Below, one piece after another: positions 28,454 through 38,315 of a stretch of DNA of 64,000 nt (position 1 is the stretch's first letter; each line of letters begins with the position of its first letter). This DNA comes from a bacterium. Its GTDB lineage: Bacteria > Actinomycetota > CALGFH01. The notes below the pieces were generated by a model. The model was not told the DNA's origin, searched no databases, and saw nothing but the letters and a program-made list of their open reading frames with translations. Location of the stretch: positions 3,230 through 67,229 of the forward strand of contig JBKPDO010000170.1 in NCBI GenBank assembly GCA_046727955.1. The letters are read 5' to 3'. The position numbers and the translations under genes are program-made.

Positions 28454-29284
28454 ATGACGGCGACCGGGCGGGCCTCCCTACTGGCTCGCAACCCCGAACC
28501 CGCCTCCACGCTGCCCTACCTGCTGCACCTGCCCCTGCCGGACGAGCCGCTGCTGCTCAAGGCCCGAGCGCGCTGGCCGCGCACCGCCAAGGTCTACTGC
28601 CACCCCGCCGACTCTTGGCCCGCCGACGTCGAGGTGCTCGAGGAGGTGCCGGTGCGCTCGTGCCTGCGCCGCGGCGTGGCGATTGACCTGGTCCTGGACG
28701 GCCCAGGGAGAACCGCTCCCAGTTCGTTTTCACCCGCCTGCCGGACCAGAGAGGGCGGGAGGCGATCTTCTGGCAGACCGCCCACACCACCAGCCAGGCC
28801 CGCCCCGGCGTCCGCGTGCCACGCCGCCGCGCCGGCGGCCACGCTGAGCTGGACATCCTGGTCGACACGCGGGAGCGCTACCCCTGGCGGTTCGCCCACC
28901 GGCACGCCCGCACCCAGAGCGCCAGGCGCTGCCCGTCGGCGATTACGCCGTCGAGCTCCATTGGGACCTGGTGGGGGTCGTGGAACGCAAGACCCTGGCA
29001 GACCTGGCCGGCAGTCTGGTCGACGGCGGCCTGGCCTATGTGCTAGCCGAGCTGGCCTGCCTGCCCCGGGCCGCGGTCGTGGTGGAGGACCGCTACTCGG
29101 GCCTGTTCAAACTCGAGCACGTCAACGGCGGGTGAGTCGCCGAGCTGGTGGCCGCCATCCAGGTCCGCTACCCAGCCGTGCCGATCGTGTTCGCCGAGTC
29201 CCGCCCGCTGGCCGAGGAGTAGACCTTCCGGTCCTCGGCGCCGCCCTGGCCTACGCCCAGGCAGCCAGCGAAGCTGGCTCCTGA
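28454..29284 (+). pseudogene. ERCC4-domain nuclease family pseudogene
   Basis: ARNPEPASTLPYLL...WPRTAKVYCH; ILVDTRERYPW; GDY...VERKTLADL spread over different frames, with internal TGA (~29133) and TAG (~29220) at probable Trp codons. Confidence 0.85.
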
Positions 29285-29424
29285 GCTTCGGGCTGACCCA
29301 GCCCCTCCACGCTTGCCGGCCGGAACGGTGTTGACAACGATTGGTCCCTTCGGCATGACCCGGCCGGGGGTCCGGAGGGCGCGTGCGCCGCTACCATCGG
29401 CAGGCCCTCACTCTGGAGGTGTTC

Positions 29425-32400
29425 GTGCCGATCGACTGGACGGCGACCGCCGGGATCGCCGGGAAGGTGCTGGGACCGCTGGGTTCGTTGACGCGCCGGC
29501 TGTTCCGCCAGGACTGGAAGTCTCGCCTGCTGCGGGAGGCCCACAAGGGGACCCGCTCGAAGGCGCTTGGCCGTCTTCGGCTGGTCAGCCGCCGGCGAGT
29601 TCGGCGGTGGCTTGCCGACCCGACAACCCGGGATCGTCTGGCGGTCCCAGGCCAGGCCGGCACGTCCGAGGAGCTGGCCGCCGGACTCCGTCGTGCGCTG
29701 GCACCGCGTCGGTGGCGCTGGTGGCCAGCGCTCCCCGCTGCCGACCGGCAGACGGCGGTCACCGCGTTGGTGCCAGCGATCACCCGTGGCTATCTGCGCG
29801 TCCAGGACGCCGGCCCCGCCGCCGACGTGGTCGACCGTCGCGCCGCCGACCGTCATGCCGAGCTGACCGGCGAGGTGCAGGCCGTGCTCGGCGTCCAGGC
29901 GCTCCCTGAACGCATCCCCCAACTGCCCCCGATCTGCAAGGTCCCGCTTGGTCGGCTTGCGCAGCAGGACCAAGCGCTGGCTGGGCGGCTTGCGCAGCTG
30001 CTCACCGATCCGTCCGTGCGGCCAGTCACCATCGCCGCCGACCTGACCGGCAGCCCACCAGACTGGCTGGGAGCAGCCCCGCCGGCCGCGTGGATGGTCG
30101 TGGCAGAGTTCGCCACAGCACACCACCATCAGCCGGCTGCAGCGGTCGGCTTCGAACGCGCCGTGGCCGCAGGTGCCAGCCCCCGGGCGGCCTGGCTGGC
30201 ACGCGCCGCGCTGGCCGCCCACGCGGCAGAAGCCCCGGCGAAGGCCCGTGCGCTGCTGGACGGCATCACCGACCACGACCACCCCCTCGTGCGGGCCACC
30301 CGTGCGGTGCTCGACAGCGACTGGGATGCGGTCCAGGCCGCCGCCCACGACGCCGACCCTGCGGACGAGAACCACTGGCTGATTGAGCTGCTCGCCGCCA
30401 ACGCGGCTGGGCTGAGCGGCCGGCTGGACGACGCAATCGACCAGCTCGAGATGATCCTGGATCGTGACGAGCAGGCCAGCGTCGCGGCGCTCGAAGCTGC
30501 GCGGCTGCGGGTGCAGCGCATCTCCGGCCACGCCAGCTCCCGCTGGGCGCATGACCTGCGACGTGCTCGGCAGCTCGCCCTGCACGCCCGCGACACCCGC
30601 CGGAACTGGCGAGGGCCAAGCGACCAGGCCGTGGCGCTCGCCTGCGAGGCCAGCGCGATCCTCAACGAGTGGCCCCGGGTGCTCCAGCTCGCCCAGGCCC
30701 CACCCGCGGGGGAGGCCCTCGACCTCGAGGCCGCTTCCCAGCGGGTGCTGCGCTGGGTCGCGGAGGCGGCGATCGTGCGCCGTGACACGCCGCTCGCGGC
30801 GGACGTCATCGGCCGCATCCACGACGAGTCGATCCAGGCGCGGCTAGCCGCCGAACTCGCCGCCGCCCGCGGTGAGCCCGCCGACCAGGTTCGCGCCGGC
30901 TACGAACGCGCCTACGAGCTGGCCGAGGACGACACCCAGCGGCTGGCTGCCCAGCAGGGCCTGGCCAGTCTTGGGGTCTGGCCGCTCCCCGGTTTCGACC
31001 AGGTCCGCGCCCGGGACGAGACCGCCGCCGACCACCTCGCCGCGCTCAGTGACCTCGCCCGCGGTGACCACGCAGCAGCCATCCAGCGGCTCCGGCGGTG
31101 GTCGCGCAGCAGCACGCCCGCGGCACGGCTGCTCGCCGAGGCGTACCGGCGCGCCGGTCGGCCCAATGACGCGGCCGAGGTGCTGCGCCGGCTGCACGAA
31201 CAAACGCACAACCCTCGCGACCTGATCGATGCCGCCTTCACCCTCGACGACGCCGGCCAGACGACCGACGCAGGGGCGCTCATCAAGGAGGCCTTGACCA
31301 CGCTCCCGCCTGATGCCGCCGACCGGCAGCTGATCCGCCGGGAGCTGATCAAGCGGGCTGCGCAGGATCAGCGATGGGCGGCCGTGGCCGATCAGGTGCA
31401 CGCACTGCGCGCCGAGGGGCTGGCCGAGCCTGCCGACCGGTGGCTGCTCATCGGCGCCATGATCAACCAGCAGCAGCTCGACGAGGCATGGCAGGAGCTG
31501 CGCGAGCTGCCCCCGCTGGAGCCGAGCGACGCCCAGCAGGCCCGAGCCTGGGTGGAGCTGCACTTCCGCCACCGGCACATCACCCCCGCCATCGTCGACC
31601 GTGCGGTGGACCTGCTCGCCCGATGGCCCGACGACGAGGCGCTCAACCACGCCGTCATGCAGCTCGTGCTGGTCGGCGGCGCGAGCCTCGAGCTGCCCGA
31701 GGCAACCGCCGCGCGTGCCCGCACGGCCGTCACCGACATCCTGGACCGGTTCCCTGGCCACGCGATCCAGCTCGACGCCACCGATCCGAACACGCTGGTC
31801 GCCAACCTACGGACCATGCTGAGCGAGCGTCACGAGCGCGCCGCCAAGGCCGTCCGGATGATCACCGAGCAGAGCCAGCCATACGGGCTGCTCGCCAATG
31901 CCGCCGGCCGGCTCTACGCCGAGATCCTCATCCTACGAGGCGCCGGCTGCCTGCCCGCCCATCCAGCCGCCCCGGACTTGGCCGCCCAAGAGGAGGCCGC
32001 CGCCCACACCGCCTTGGATGGACCGGTCGTGCTCGACACCAGCACCCTGCATCTCGCCGCGCTCGTTCCAGACCGTTGGCCAGACCTGGCCGGCGCGTTC
32101 ACCAGCGTCGCGTTTCCCCTGCCCGCCGCCGCTGACCTGCTCGCCACCCGCGACCTGCTCGCCCAGCGAACCACCGACACTCTGGGCCTCGACCCCACCA
32201 CCGGCAAGCTCCAGCTCCTGGAGGACACGCCCGAGCATGTCGCTGAGCTCGCCGCGCGGGCGGCGTGGATGACCACGCAGGCCAATGAACTCGACTGGGT
32301 CCCCTACGACCGGCTCGCCCGTCTCGCCGACCTGGATGGTGATCGAACACGGCCGTGGCTGGCCGCCGTCGACCTCGCTGCGACCCGCCAGCAGCCTCTC

Positions 32401-33066
32401 TACTGCGACGACCTTGGCCTGCGACGGCTGGCCACCTATCTCGGCGTCCCGACCTTTGGGACCGTCGCGCTGCTCGGCGCTCTCGTCGCCGCCGGCCGGC
32501 TTCCCACTGATGCTCTCAGCACGGCGATCGGTGAGCTGGCCCCCTACAGGGTCGTCGACCTTCCCGTCGACCCGGCCCGGCTCCGCGCCCTCGCCGTCAA
32601 GGAGGGCTGGGCGCCGGTTCCCGCCGCCTACCCCCTCACCCGCCCCGCCATCTGGCAGCAGCACCTTGACATCGCCCGTGACTTCTACCAGGAGGGATGC
32701 CGCCGTGCCAGCCAGCTCGGCGACGAGGCGCTCACCGGGTGGCTGCAGGCTGCCGCACTAGGGCTCACCCGCACCGTGGCGACGCCCTACCGGACAACGG
32801 TGCTTGGCAGACTGCTGACCGCCACAGTCCTGGGCGTCCACGCCCATCCCGACCGGTTCGCGGTGCTGCTCACCGGGGCCCGCCGAGCTGCTACCGAAGT
32901 TGAGGCGTCCGACCCGCTGCCCGCCACCGTCCGCGAGCTGTACACCGCGTTCGGCCAGGGGATGGCCCCGGACGCTGCCGCACGCCATATGCTGCTGCTG
33001 TGCACCGCGTTGCCTGCCGCTGACCGACAATTGGTCACCCGCGTGCTATTGCTCACCGAGGAGTAG
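29425..33066 (+). CDS. Large TPR-repeat protein with C-terminal PIN nuclease domain (probable defence/conflict effector)
   Basis: GGAGGT RBS before GTG 29425; long Ala/Leu helical repeats; PIN motifs PVVLDTSTL and LYCDDLGLRRLA...FGTVALL. Confidence 0.75.
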   Translation: MPIDWTATAGIAGKVLGPLGSLTRRLFRQDWKSRLLREAHKGTRSKALGRLRLVSRRRVRRWLADPTTRDRLAVPGQAGTSEELAAGLRRALAPRRWRWWPALPAADRQTAVTALVPAITRGYLRVQDAGPAADVVDRRAADRHAELTGEVQAVLGVQALPERIPQLPPICKVPLGRLAQQDQALAGRLAQLLTDPSVRPVTIAADLTGSPPDWLGAAPPAAWMVVAEFATAHHHQPAAAVGFERAVAAGASPRAAWLARAALAAHAAEAPAKARALLDGITDHDHPLVRATRAVLDSDWDAVQAAAHDADPADENHWLIELLAANAAGLSGRLDDAIDQLEMILDRDEQASVAALEAARLRVQRISGHASSRWAHDLRRARQLALHARDTRRNWRGPSDQAVALACEASAILNEWPRVLQLAQAPPAGEALDLEAASQRVLRWVAEAAIVRRDTPLAADVIGRIHDESIQARLAAELAAARGEPADQVRAGYERAYELAEDDTQRLAAQQGLASLGVWPLPGFDQVRARDETAADHLAALSDLARGDHAAAIQRLRRWSRSSTPAARLLAEAYRRAGRPNDAAEVLRRLHEQTHNPRDLIDAAFTLDDAGQTTDAGALIKEALTTLPPDAADRQLIRRELIKRAAQDQRWAAVADQVHALRAEGLAEPADRWLLIGAMINQQQLDEAWQELRELPPLEPSDAQQARAWVELHFRHRHITPAIVDRAVDLLARWPDDEALNHAVMQLVLVGGASLELPEATAARARTAVTDILDRFPGHAIQLDATDPNTLVANLRTMLSERHERAAKAVRMITEQSQPYGLLANAAGRLYAEILILRGAGCLPAHPAAPDLAAQEEAAAHTALDGPVVLDTSTLHLAALVPDRWPDLAGAFTSVAFPLPAAADLLATRDLLAQRTTDTLGLDPTTGKLQLLEDTPEHVAELAARAAWMTTQANELDWVPYDRLARLADLDGDRTRPWLAAVDLAATRQQPLYCDDLGLRRLATYLGVPTFGTVALLGALVAAGRLPTDALSTAIGELAPYRVVDLPVDPARLRALAVKEGWAPVPAAYPLTRPAIWQQHLDIARDFYQEGCRRASQLGDEALTGWLQAAALGLTRTVATPYRTTVLGRLLTATVLGVHAHPDRFAVLLTGARRAATEVEASDPLPATVRELYTAFGQGMAPDAAARHMLLLCTALPAADRQLVTRVLLLTEE

Positions 33067-33141
33067 GAACTTTCTCGACGGACAGCTCGCTCCGGTGACA
33101 GTGAACAGCGGACAGCTTTGAACAACCCACATTAGCGGGCG

Positions 33142-33350
33142 ATGGACAACCTCGGCGCGATCGGCGGGCCACTGCTGGCGCTCGGCCTGGTCGCCCTGGT
33201 CGGGGTGCGCAGTGCGGTGCTGCTGTCGATCATCCCTGGGCTGGGGCTGCGGCGGCAATCGTGTATGCCAACCGCCACATCCGCCGCCCGGCCGCACGGG
33301 CGCGGGAGCCGATCCGGCTGCGGGTGCGGCCGGTGCTGGCCGCCGGGCGG
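33142..33350 (+). pseudogene. MFS transporter internal fragment
   Basis: AMDNLGAIGGPLLALGLVALVGVRSAVLLSIIPGL, continuing in another frame as IVYANRHIRRP...IRLRVRPVL. Confidence 0.65.
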
Positions 33351-33510
33351 CCGGGTTCCGCTGGGCGATGTGGCGGGCGACCGCCTCGGGGCTCGGTCGG
33401 GCGTAGCGTTCCAGCGAGCGGACCAAGGCGTACCGGGACCGGGCGAGCCCCGAGGCAGCGTCGGACTTCATAACAGGGAGATTGGGCGTCAACGGAAGGC
33501 CGGTTGGAAC

Positions 33511-34383
33511 ATGTTCACTCAGGCGCGCATCCTCGTCACGAAGACGATTACCCTGGTGGTCGACGTCACGGACAGCCCCTCTTGGGACACGCCGTGGCAG
33601 GACAGCCAGGCGGGTGAGGAGCTCGTCGCGGAGGAGTCCTGGCCAGGCCGCCCATGGGGATCGTGGCTGGGCGCGCTGCTGATCGCGCGTTGGGGGCTTC
33701 AGGTCGCAGTCGAGGAGGCCAAGGGGTTCCGCGCGATTCTCGATCCGAAGGCTACCTCGTATACCGCCGACGTTGTCTGCCGAGCCGTCCTTGAGTCCTC
33801 GTCGCTGGCGTGGCTCCTGGAGCCTGCCATCGGCGCAGACAAGCGCCTCGCCCGGTGCCTGGCGTACCGGATGGGCAGCGCGCAGCGGACGCTGAACGCC
33901 ATCAACCACCTCGGTCTCGGCCTGCAGGAGGTTCGTTCGGAATACGGGGAGCTCCCTGACGACGTCGCTGACCAGATCGCACGCCTTGGGCTTACGTACA
34001 ACAAGGGTCCACAGGGTCGACCGATCTGCGATGGGGAGACTTGCCCGAGCTACACCGAACGCGTCGCGGCGCTGGTCGGCCGGGTCTGGCCGCAACAGAG
34101 GATGCCTTATGCGCTGCTGTCCGCGGTCAGCCACAGCCAGGTTCTCGGCCTTACGCGCAGCCTCGTGCAACCGCCAGGCGAAGCGAAGACTCGGCGATGG
34201 TTTCCAGACGCGCACGGCGCCGCCGTCTGGATCTGGCATGACACCTATCTGGTGCTTGCCGCGCTCACGCTGTCAGCCGAGCGGGCCGCGAGGTTTCTCA
34301 ATCTGCCTGAGCAGGTCGAGGCCCTGCGGCACTGGGGTGAGGGGTTCACCCGCGAGATGGTGGCGCTGCGTCCTACGGACTGA
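33511..34383 (+). CDS. Hypothetical all-helical protein, HEPN-like (DUF5677-like)
   Basis: DVVCRAVLESS...AWLL and YALLSAVSH motifs; start inferred at ATG 33511. Confidence 0.55.
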   Translation: MFTQARILVTKTITLVVDVTDSPSWDTPWQDSQAGEELVAEESWPGRPWGSWLGALLIARWGLQVAVEEAKGFRAILDPKATSYTADVVCRAVLESSSLAWLLEPAIGADKRLARCLAYRMGSAQRTLNAINHLGLGLQEVRSEYGELPDDVADQIARLGLTYNKGPQGRPICDGETCPSYTERVAALVGRVWPQQRMPYALLSAVSHSQVLGLTRSLVQPPGEAKTRRWFPDAHGAAVWIWHDTYLVLAALTLSAERAARFLNLPEQVEALRHWGEGFTREMVALRPTD

Positions 34384-34604
34384 GCCCGGCCTCGACGGTG
34401 GCGATGGTATCGCTGGCGCTGGGTCGGTCTGCACCTGACCTACTGGCTGCTGCCCAGCGCGGTCGGGCTCCCGCTCGTCGCTCGTGCGCTGGCCCGCCAC
34501 CCGTGGCCTCGCACCTCATTGACCCAACCACACCTAGGCGTCTCATGCGACGTAGATCCTCAACACAACCGCAGCCTCGGGTTTGCGCAACAGCCTCAGG
34601 AGCA

Positions 34605-35066
34605 TCAAGGGGCGCGCCGGCGGCGCCGGGCAGGCTGCTCCTCGGCGTCGCCAGCGAACTCGCGGACCATCTCCTCGAGCTCGGCGACGCGCCGCTCCAG
34701 GTCCTCGATCCGCTCCCGGCCCGCCTGCCGGCCGCTGGCGCGGCGCAGGCTCTCCCGGGTCCGCGGTCGCTGGTCGTAGCGGCCGACCCGCTCGAACATC
34801 TCCCGGGCGTCCACGCCGAGGATGCGGGCCAGAGAGACGAGCGTCTCGTCGCGGGGGTTGGGCGTGATCCACGGCCCGTCCGTGGTGCGGCGGTAGCCGC
34901 CATTCTCGAGCGCGACGAGCGTCTGCACGCCTATGCGGGCCTCACCGGCGAGCCGGGTTCGGGTCATGCCCCGCTCGACGCGGGCCGCCTCGAGCCAGCG
35001 GCCGAAGTCCGTCCAGCGGAGCAGTTCCTCGTGGGACTGCTCCAGGCCATCCCCGGTGCTCATCAA
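34605..35066 (-). CDS. XRE-family HTH regulator with C-terminal coiled coil
   Basis: FGRWLEAARVERGMTRTRLAGEARIGVQTLVALENG; IEDLERRVAELEE. Confidence 0.85.
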   Translation of the reverse strand: MMSTGDGLEQSHEELLRWTDFGRWLEAARVERGMTRTRLAGEARIGVQTLVALENGGYRRTTDGPWITPNPRDETLVSLARILGVDAREMFERVGRYDQRPRTRESLRRASGRQAGRERIEDLERRVAELEEMVREFAGDAEEQPARRRRRAP

Positions 35067-35248
35067 ACCGTCCTCGCTCGGTCGATCACTGGAGGTTAGC
35101 GGTGATCAGCATACGTGAACCACCGTGAATCGGGGAGTATCGCTAGGATCGCCTACAGCCCGTGCTGAGTGAGCACCTGGCGCCCTCGCGCCGTCTGAGG
35201 GCCCTTCACGCGCCCCGCGTCTCCCCCGCCGCCGGGTATCGTGTCCCC

Positions 35249-35797
35249 ATGGCGCTTGTTCGGTGGGCACGCAGCCACGCCGAGGACCTGTTGGTCCCGC
35301 TCGGCGCTCGCTGGCTGCACGTCCAGGCGGTCGCCGAGCGGGCCCGCCGGGTCGCTGGCATGCTACCCGAAGGCGACCAGAACATGCTGATCGCCGCCGC
35401 CTGGTTGCATGACATCGGCTACGCCCCGATGCTGGCGGCCACGGGGCTTCACCCACTGGACGGCGCCCGGCACCTGGAGGACCTGGGAGTCGATCGCCGG
35501 CTCTGCTGCCTGGTCGCGCACCACTCGGGCGCCTGGTTCGAAGCCGAGGAACGCGGACTCGCGGCCGAGCTCGGCGCCTTCGACCAGGAGCACGGGCCCG
35601 TCATGGACGCGCTGATCTACGCCGACATGACCACGGGGCCAAGTGGGGAGCCGCTCGATTTCGAGGCGCGCATTGCGGAGATCCTCGGCCGCTACCCGCC
35701 GGACCATCCGGTACACCGGGCGATCAGCCGGTCCCGCCTGGTGCTCGCTGCGGCGGTCGAGCGGACGGCCCAGCAGCTTGCCGCTCAGCCGATATAG
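35249..35797 (+). CDS. HD-domain metal-dependent phosphohydrolase
   Basis: RWLHVQAVA, AAWLHDIGY, HPLDGA, VAHH and YADMTTGP motifs. Confidence 0.92.
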   Translation: MALVRWARSHAEDLLVPLGARWLHVQAVAERARRVAGMLPEGDQNMLIAAAWLHDIGYAPMLAATGLHPLDGARHLEDLGVDRRLCCLVAHHSGAWFEAEERGLAAELGAFDQEHGPVMDALIYADMTTGPSGEPLDFEARIAEILGRYPPDHPVHRAISRSRLVLAAAVERTAQQLAAQPI

Positions 35798-36255
35798 GGC
35801 ACGGGGCGCCGCTCGAGGTAGTGCTGGATCCGAAGCCACATCGAGGGGTGCATGTTCAGCTGGCTAAGCTCCGCCGGAGCGACGTAGCGAACCTCCTTGG
35901 TCTCGCTGCTGGTGCGCAGCTCCCCTCCGATGGTCCGCGTGGTGAAGCAGATGGAGCACTGCTGACGGACCTCGCCATCGTCGTAGGCCATGACGTGATG
36001 GGGGTTGGTGTAGATCCCCACAACGCCTGTGACCTCGACCTTGATCCCCGTCTCCTCCAGGACCTCGCGGACGACCGTCTCGGCCATGTACTCGCCCAAA
36101 TCCATCCCGCCGCCGGGGAGCGCCCACAGGTCATTGTCGGTCTTGTGGACCAAGAGCAGCTCACCGCGGTCGTTGACCACAATCGCGGTGACCGAGGGAA
36201 CGATGCTGTTCGCCGGCGGCGCCGCCGGGTCGTTGTAGTAGTCGATGCGAGCCAT
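35785..36255 (-). CDS. NUDIX hydrolase
   Basis: Nudix box PGGGMDLGEYMAETVVREVLEETG. Confidence 0.95.
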   Translation of the reverse strand: MARIDYYNDPAAPPANSIVPSVTAIVVNDRGELLLVHKTDNDLWALPGGGMDLGEYMAETVVREVLEETGIKVEVTGVVGIYTNPHHVMAYDDGEVRQQCSICFTTRTIGGELRTSSETKEVRYVAPAELSQLNMHPSMWLRIQHYLERRPVPYIG

Positions 36256-36264
36256 AAGCGAACC

Positions 36265-37008
36265 TCACGGGGTAACGGGCTTGGCCAGCTCCCAGACGCG
36301 ATCAAAGGAGGCGAGGTAATGACGGAACAGTCGGCCGCCCGGGAGCTGGCGCAGGTGTAGGACGGGAGACTGCGCCGCCGGCGCCCCGTAAGCATGGGCG
36401 TTCACCAGCATGTCGTCATCGAACCGGAAGATCGAGTTGTAGAGCGCCGTGGCGTGAAAGCGTGTCTCGACATCGGCCGCCTCAAGCGCTGACCGCAGGT
36501 AGGTCAGGCTGAGACGGATGCGCCCGGCCATGCCCTCGCCGATGCCCTCCTCCTCCCCGCGCAGGCGCACCGCGTCGGAGGCTGGATCGCCAAGCGCGAA
36601 CCGCACGCAGACCCCATCCCGGGCCTTGTCGATGAGCGTCCGGGCGAGGTCAGGATGTCCGTCCGGGAGGAACAGCCCGGCGTACACGAGCACGTCCAGG
36701 TGCTCGCTGGCGCTTTCGATGAGGGCGTGCCAGAGGGTGTCCGGGACGGCGCCCCGGTTGGGGTAGAGGGTGACGAGCTCGGCTTCGCTGGCAGACCTGA
36801 CCCGGACGCCATCCAGGACCTCGGGCCAGAGGTAGGACTCCTCAGCCCGCAGCAGCGCCGCGACAAGCTCGCGGTGTCGTCGGTGCGGGAGCCTGCCCGT
36901 TGAGATCCAGCGCTCAACGGTCTTGCGGTCGACGCTGAGCCTACCGGCCACATCGCCGATGCTCAGCTGAGCTGCTGCGATGCAGCCCCGGAGTCGTTCG
37001 TTCCCCAT
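36265..37008 (-). CDS. XRE HTH + DUF5919-like (PLD-like fold) regulator
   Basis: MGNERLR...VDRKTVERWIS.GR.PH; LDVLVYAGLFL; LYNSIFRFDDDMLVNAH; YLASFDRVWE. Confidence 0.85.
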   Translation of the reverse strand: MGNERLRGCIAAAQLSIGDVAGRLSVDRKTVERWISTGRLPHRRHRELVAALLRAEESYLWPEVLDGVRVRSASEAELVTLYPNRGAVPDTLWHALIESASEHLDVLVYAGLFLPDGHPDLARTLIDKARDGVCVRFALGDPASDAVRLRGEEEGIGEGMAGRIRLSLTYLRSALEAADVETRFHATALYNSIFRFDDDMLVNAHAYGAPAAQSPVLHLRQLPGGRLFRHYLASFDRVWELAKPVTP

Positions 37009-37264
37009 GCTCCCGCCTCGGGACGTTTGAGGACTCAGAGACGTTCTGATCGTCCCATGGGTGCAGTTTCGGCGTCCACGCTGCCTCCCCGATTCTGGAC
37101 CAACCCCCGGACATAACCGGAACAGCGGTAGCGCGCTGGTCACGCCTGTCCGATTCGAACGGCCCACGGTGCGCGCTACCGCCCGTGGGCCCTTTGCATG
37201 GAGGAGGCGTCGGCCCGTGAGCGTCGGCGAGCGCATCCAAGTCCAGCATCTTGCCTCGTGGCGC

Positions 37265-37462
37265 CTACTCGGTCGGCCGGGTTGCTTCCCGCTCGGAGAG
37301 CCATGCATCGAGTGTCGCTCGGCGATAGAGCACCTTGCGGCCGCTCTTGATGAAGGCCGGGCCAGTCTCCAGGCGGCGCCAGCGCCGCAGGGTGGGCACC
37401 GAGCAGCGAAGCAGCGCGGCCGTCTCCTGCTCGGTGAGCAGTTCGGCACTCTGCTGACCCAT
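37265..37462 (-). CDS. Excisionase/AlpA-like HTH DNA-binding protein
   Basis: LLTEQETAALLRCSVPTLRRWRRLETGPAFIKSGRKVLYRRATLDAWL. Confidence 0.85.
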   Translation of the reverse strand: MGQQSAELLTEQETAALLRCSVPTLRRWRRLETGPAFIKSGRKVLYRRATLDAWLSEREATRPTE

Positions 37463-37603
37463 ACGCAGTTCCCTCGTGATCGCGGGTTGACTTCTGTGAT
37501 CACGAATGATAGCGTACGCACGTCGGAATTGGAAGTGCCCCGGCGGCGAACAACGCGACTGGCATCGCGCGCCACCCCGGGGCCGGCACCAAGGAGTAGC
37601 CCC

Positions 37604-37906
37604 TTGGTACGGCGCCAGCCTACTGCGCCGCGCGTCCTGGCCGTCAACGGCCAGGACCCGGCACTCTACCAGCGGTTCGAGGCCATCGGCCGCCCGCTTG
37701 GTCCCGTCACTCACTGCCGCGTCAGCCTCGGCCCCGGTCAGCGCTGGGTGGACTTCGACCACCAGCCCACCGAGGCCGAGCTGCGCGCCCTGGTCGACCC
37801 CGAGCGCTCCGAGCAGGACGACTTCCAGATCGAGGAGCGCCTGACCCGCGAGCACTTCGACCCCGGCATGGACAACGGCGAGCCGGGGGGCGGTGAGGAC
37901 TGGTGA
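37604..37906 (+). CDS. Hypothetical protein, first gene of the rightward operon
   Basis: AAGGAG RBS then TTG; stop overlaps the next start (GTGA). Confidence 0.6.
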   Translation: MVRRQPTAPRVLAVNGQDPALYQRFEAIGRPLGPVTHCRVSLGPGQRWVDFDHQPTEAELRALVDPERSEQDDFQIEERLTREHFDPGMDNGEPGGGEDW

Positions 37907-38118
37907 CCGTCGCTCGCAACGGCCGCGCCCGGCCCACCAGCCAGCGCCAGCCGGCCCCGGCCGCGCCCGCTGACGACTACGCACCGATCGTCGGCGGCAT
38001 GGTTGCCTGCCGGAAATGCGCAGCGCTGTTGCTCGACACCCGGCCCGCCCGGGACCAGCACACCGCGTTCCACCAGTCCCTGCGGAAGATGTGGGACGCC
38101 CTCGGGGGCCGGTCATGA
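37903..38118 (+). CDS. Small protein with a CxxC...H..H zinc-finger-like motif
   Basis: CRKCAALL...QHTAFH; translationally coupled on both sides. Confidence 0.65.
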   Translation: MTVARNGRARPTSQRQPAPAAPADDYAPIVGGMVACRKCAALLLDTRPARDQHTAFHQSLRKMWDALGGRS

Positions 38119-38315
38119 GCCCCGAGGAGCGCCTCGACGCGCTCGAGCGCGAGAACCAGCGCCTATACGACGTCCTGGAGCGCCTCATGGTCGCCGTCGA
38201 GCGCCTGGCCGGCATCGAGCCGCCACCACAACCCACGATGCCCCGGCGGCCGTGCCGCGGCCCGCTTCCCCACCGGCGCGCGCGAGGCGGTGGCCGGGAG
38301 ATCCAGGCCCTATGA
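38115..38315 (+). CDS. Small coiled-coil hypothetical protein
   Basis: MSPEERLDALERENQRL; ATGA overlaps on both sides. Confidence 0.6.
   Translation: MSPEERLDALERENQRLYDVLERLMVAVERLAGIEPPPQPTMPRRPCRGPLPHRRARGGGREIQAL

Noticed and set aside
33070-33135. Possible IS end (CGGACAGCT twice)
   Set aside because: No matching inverted end or transposase found in the window.
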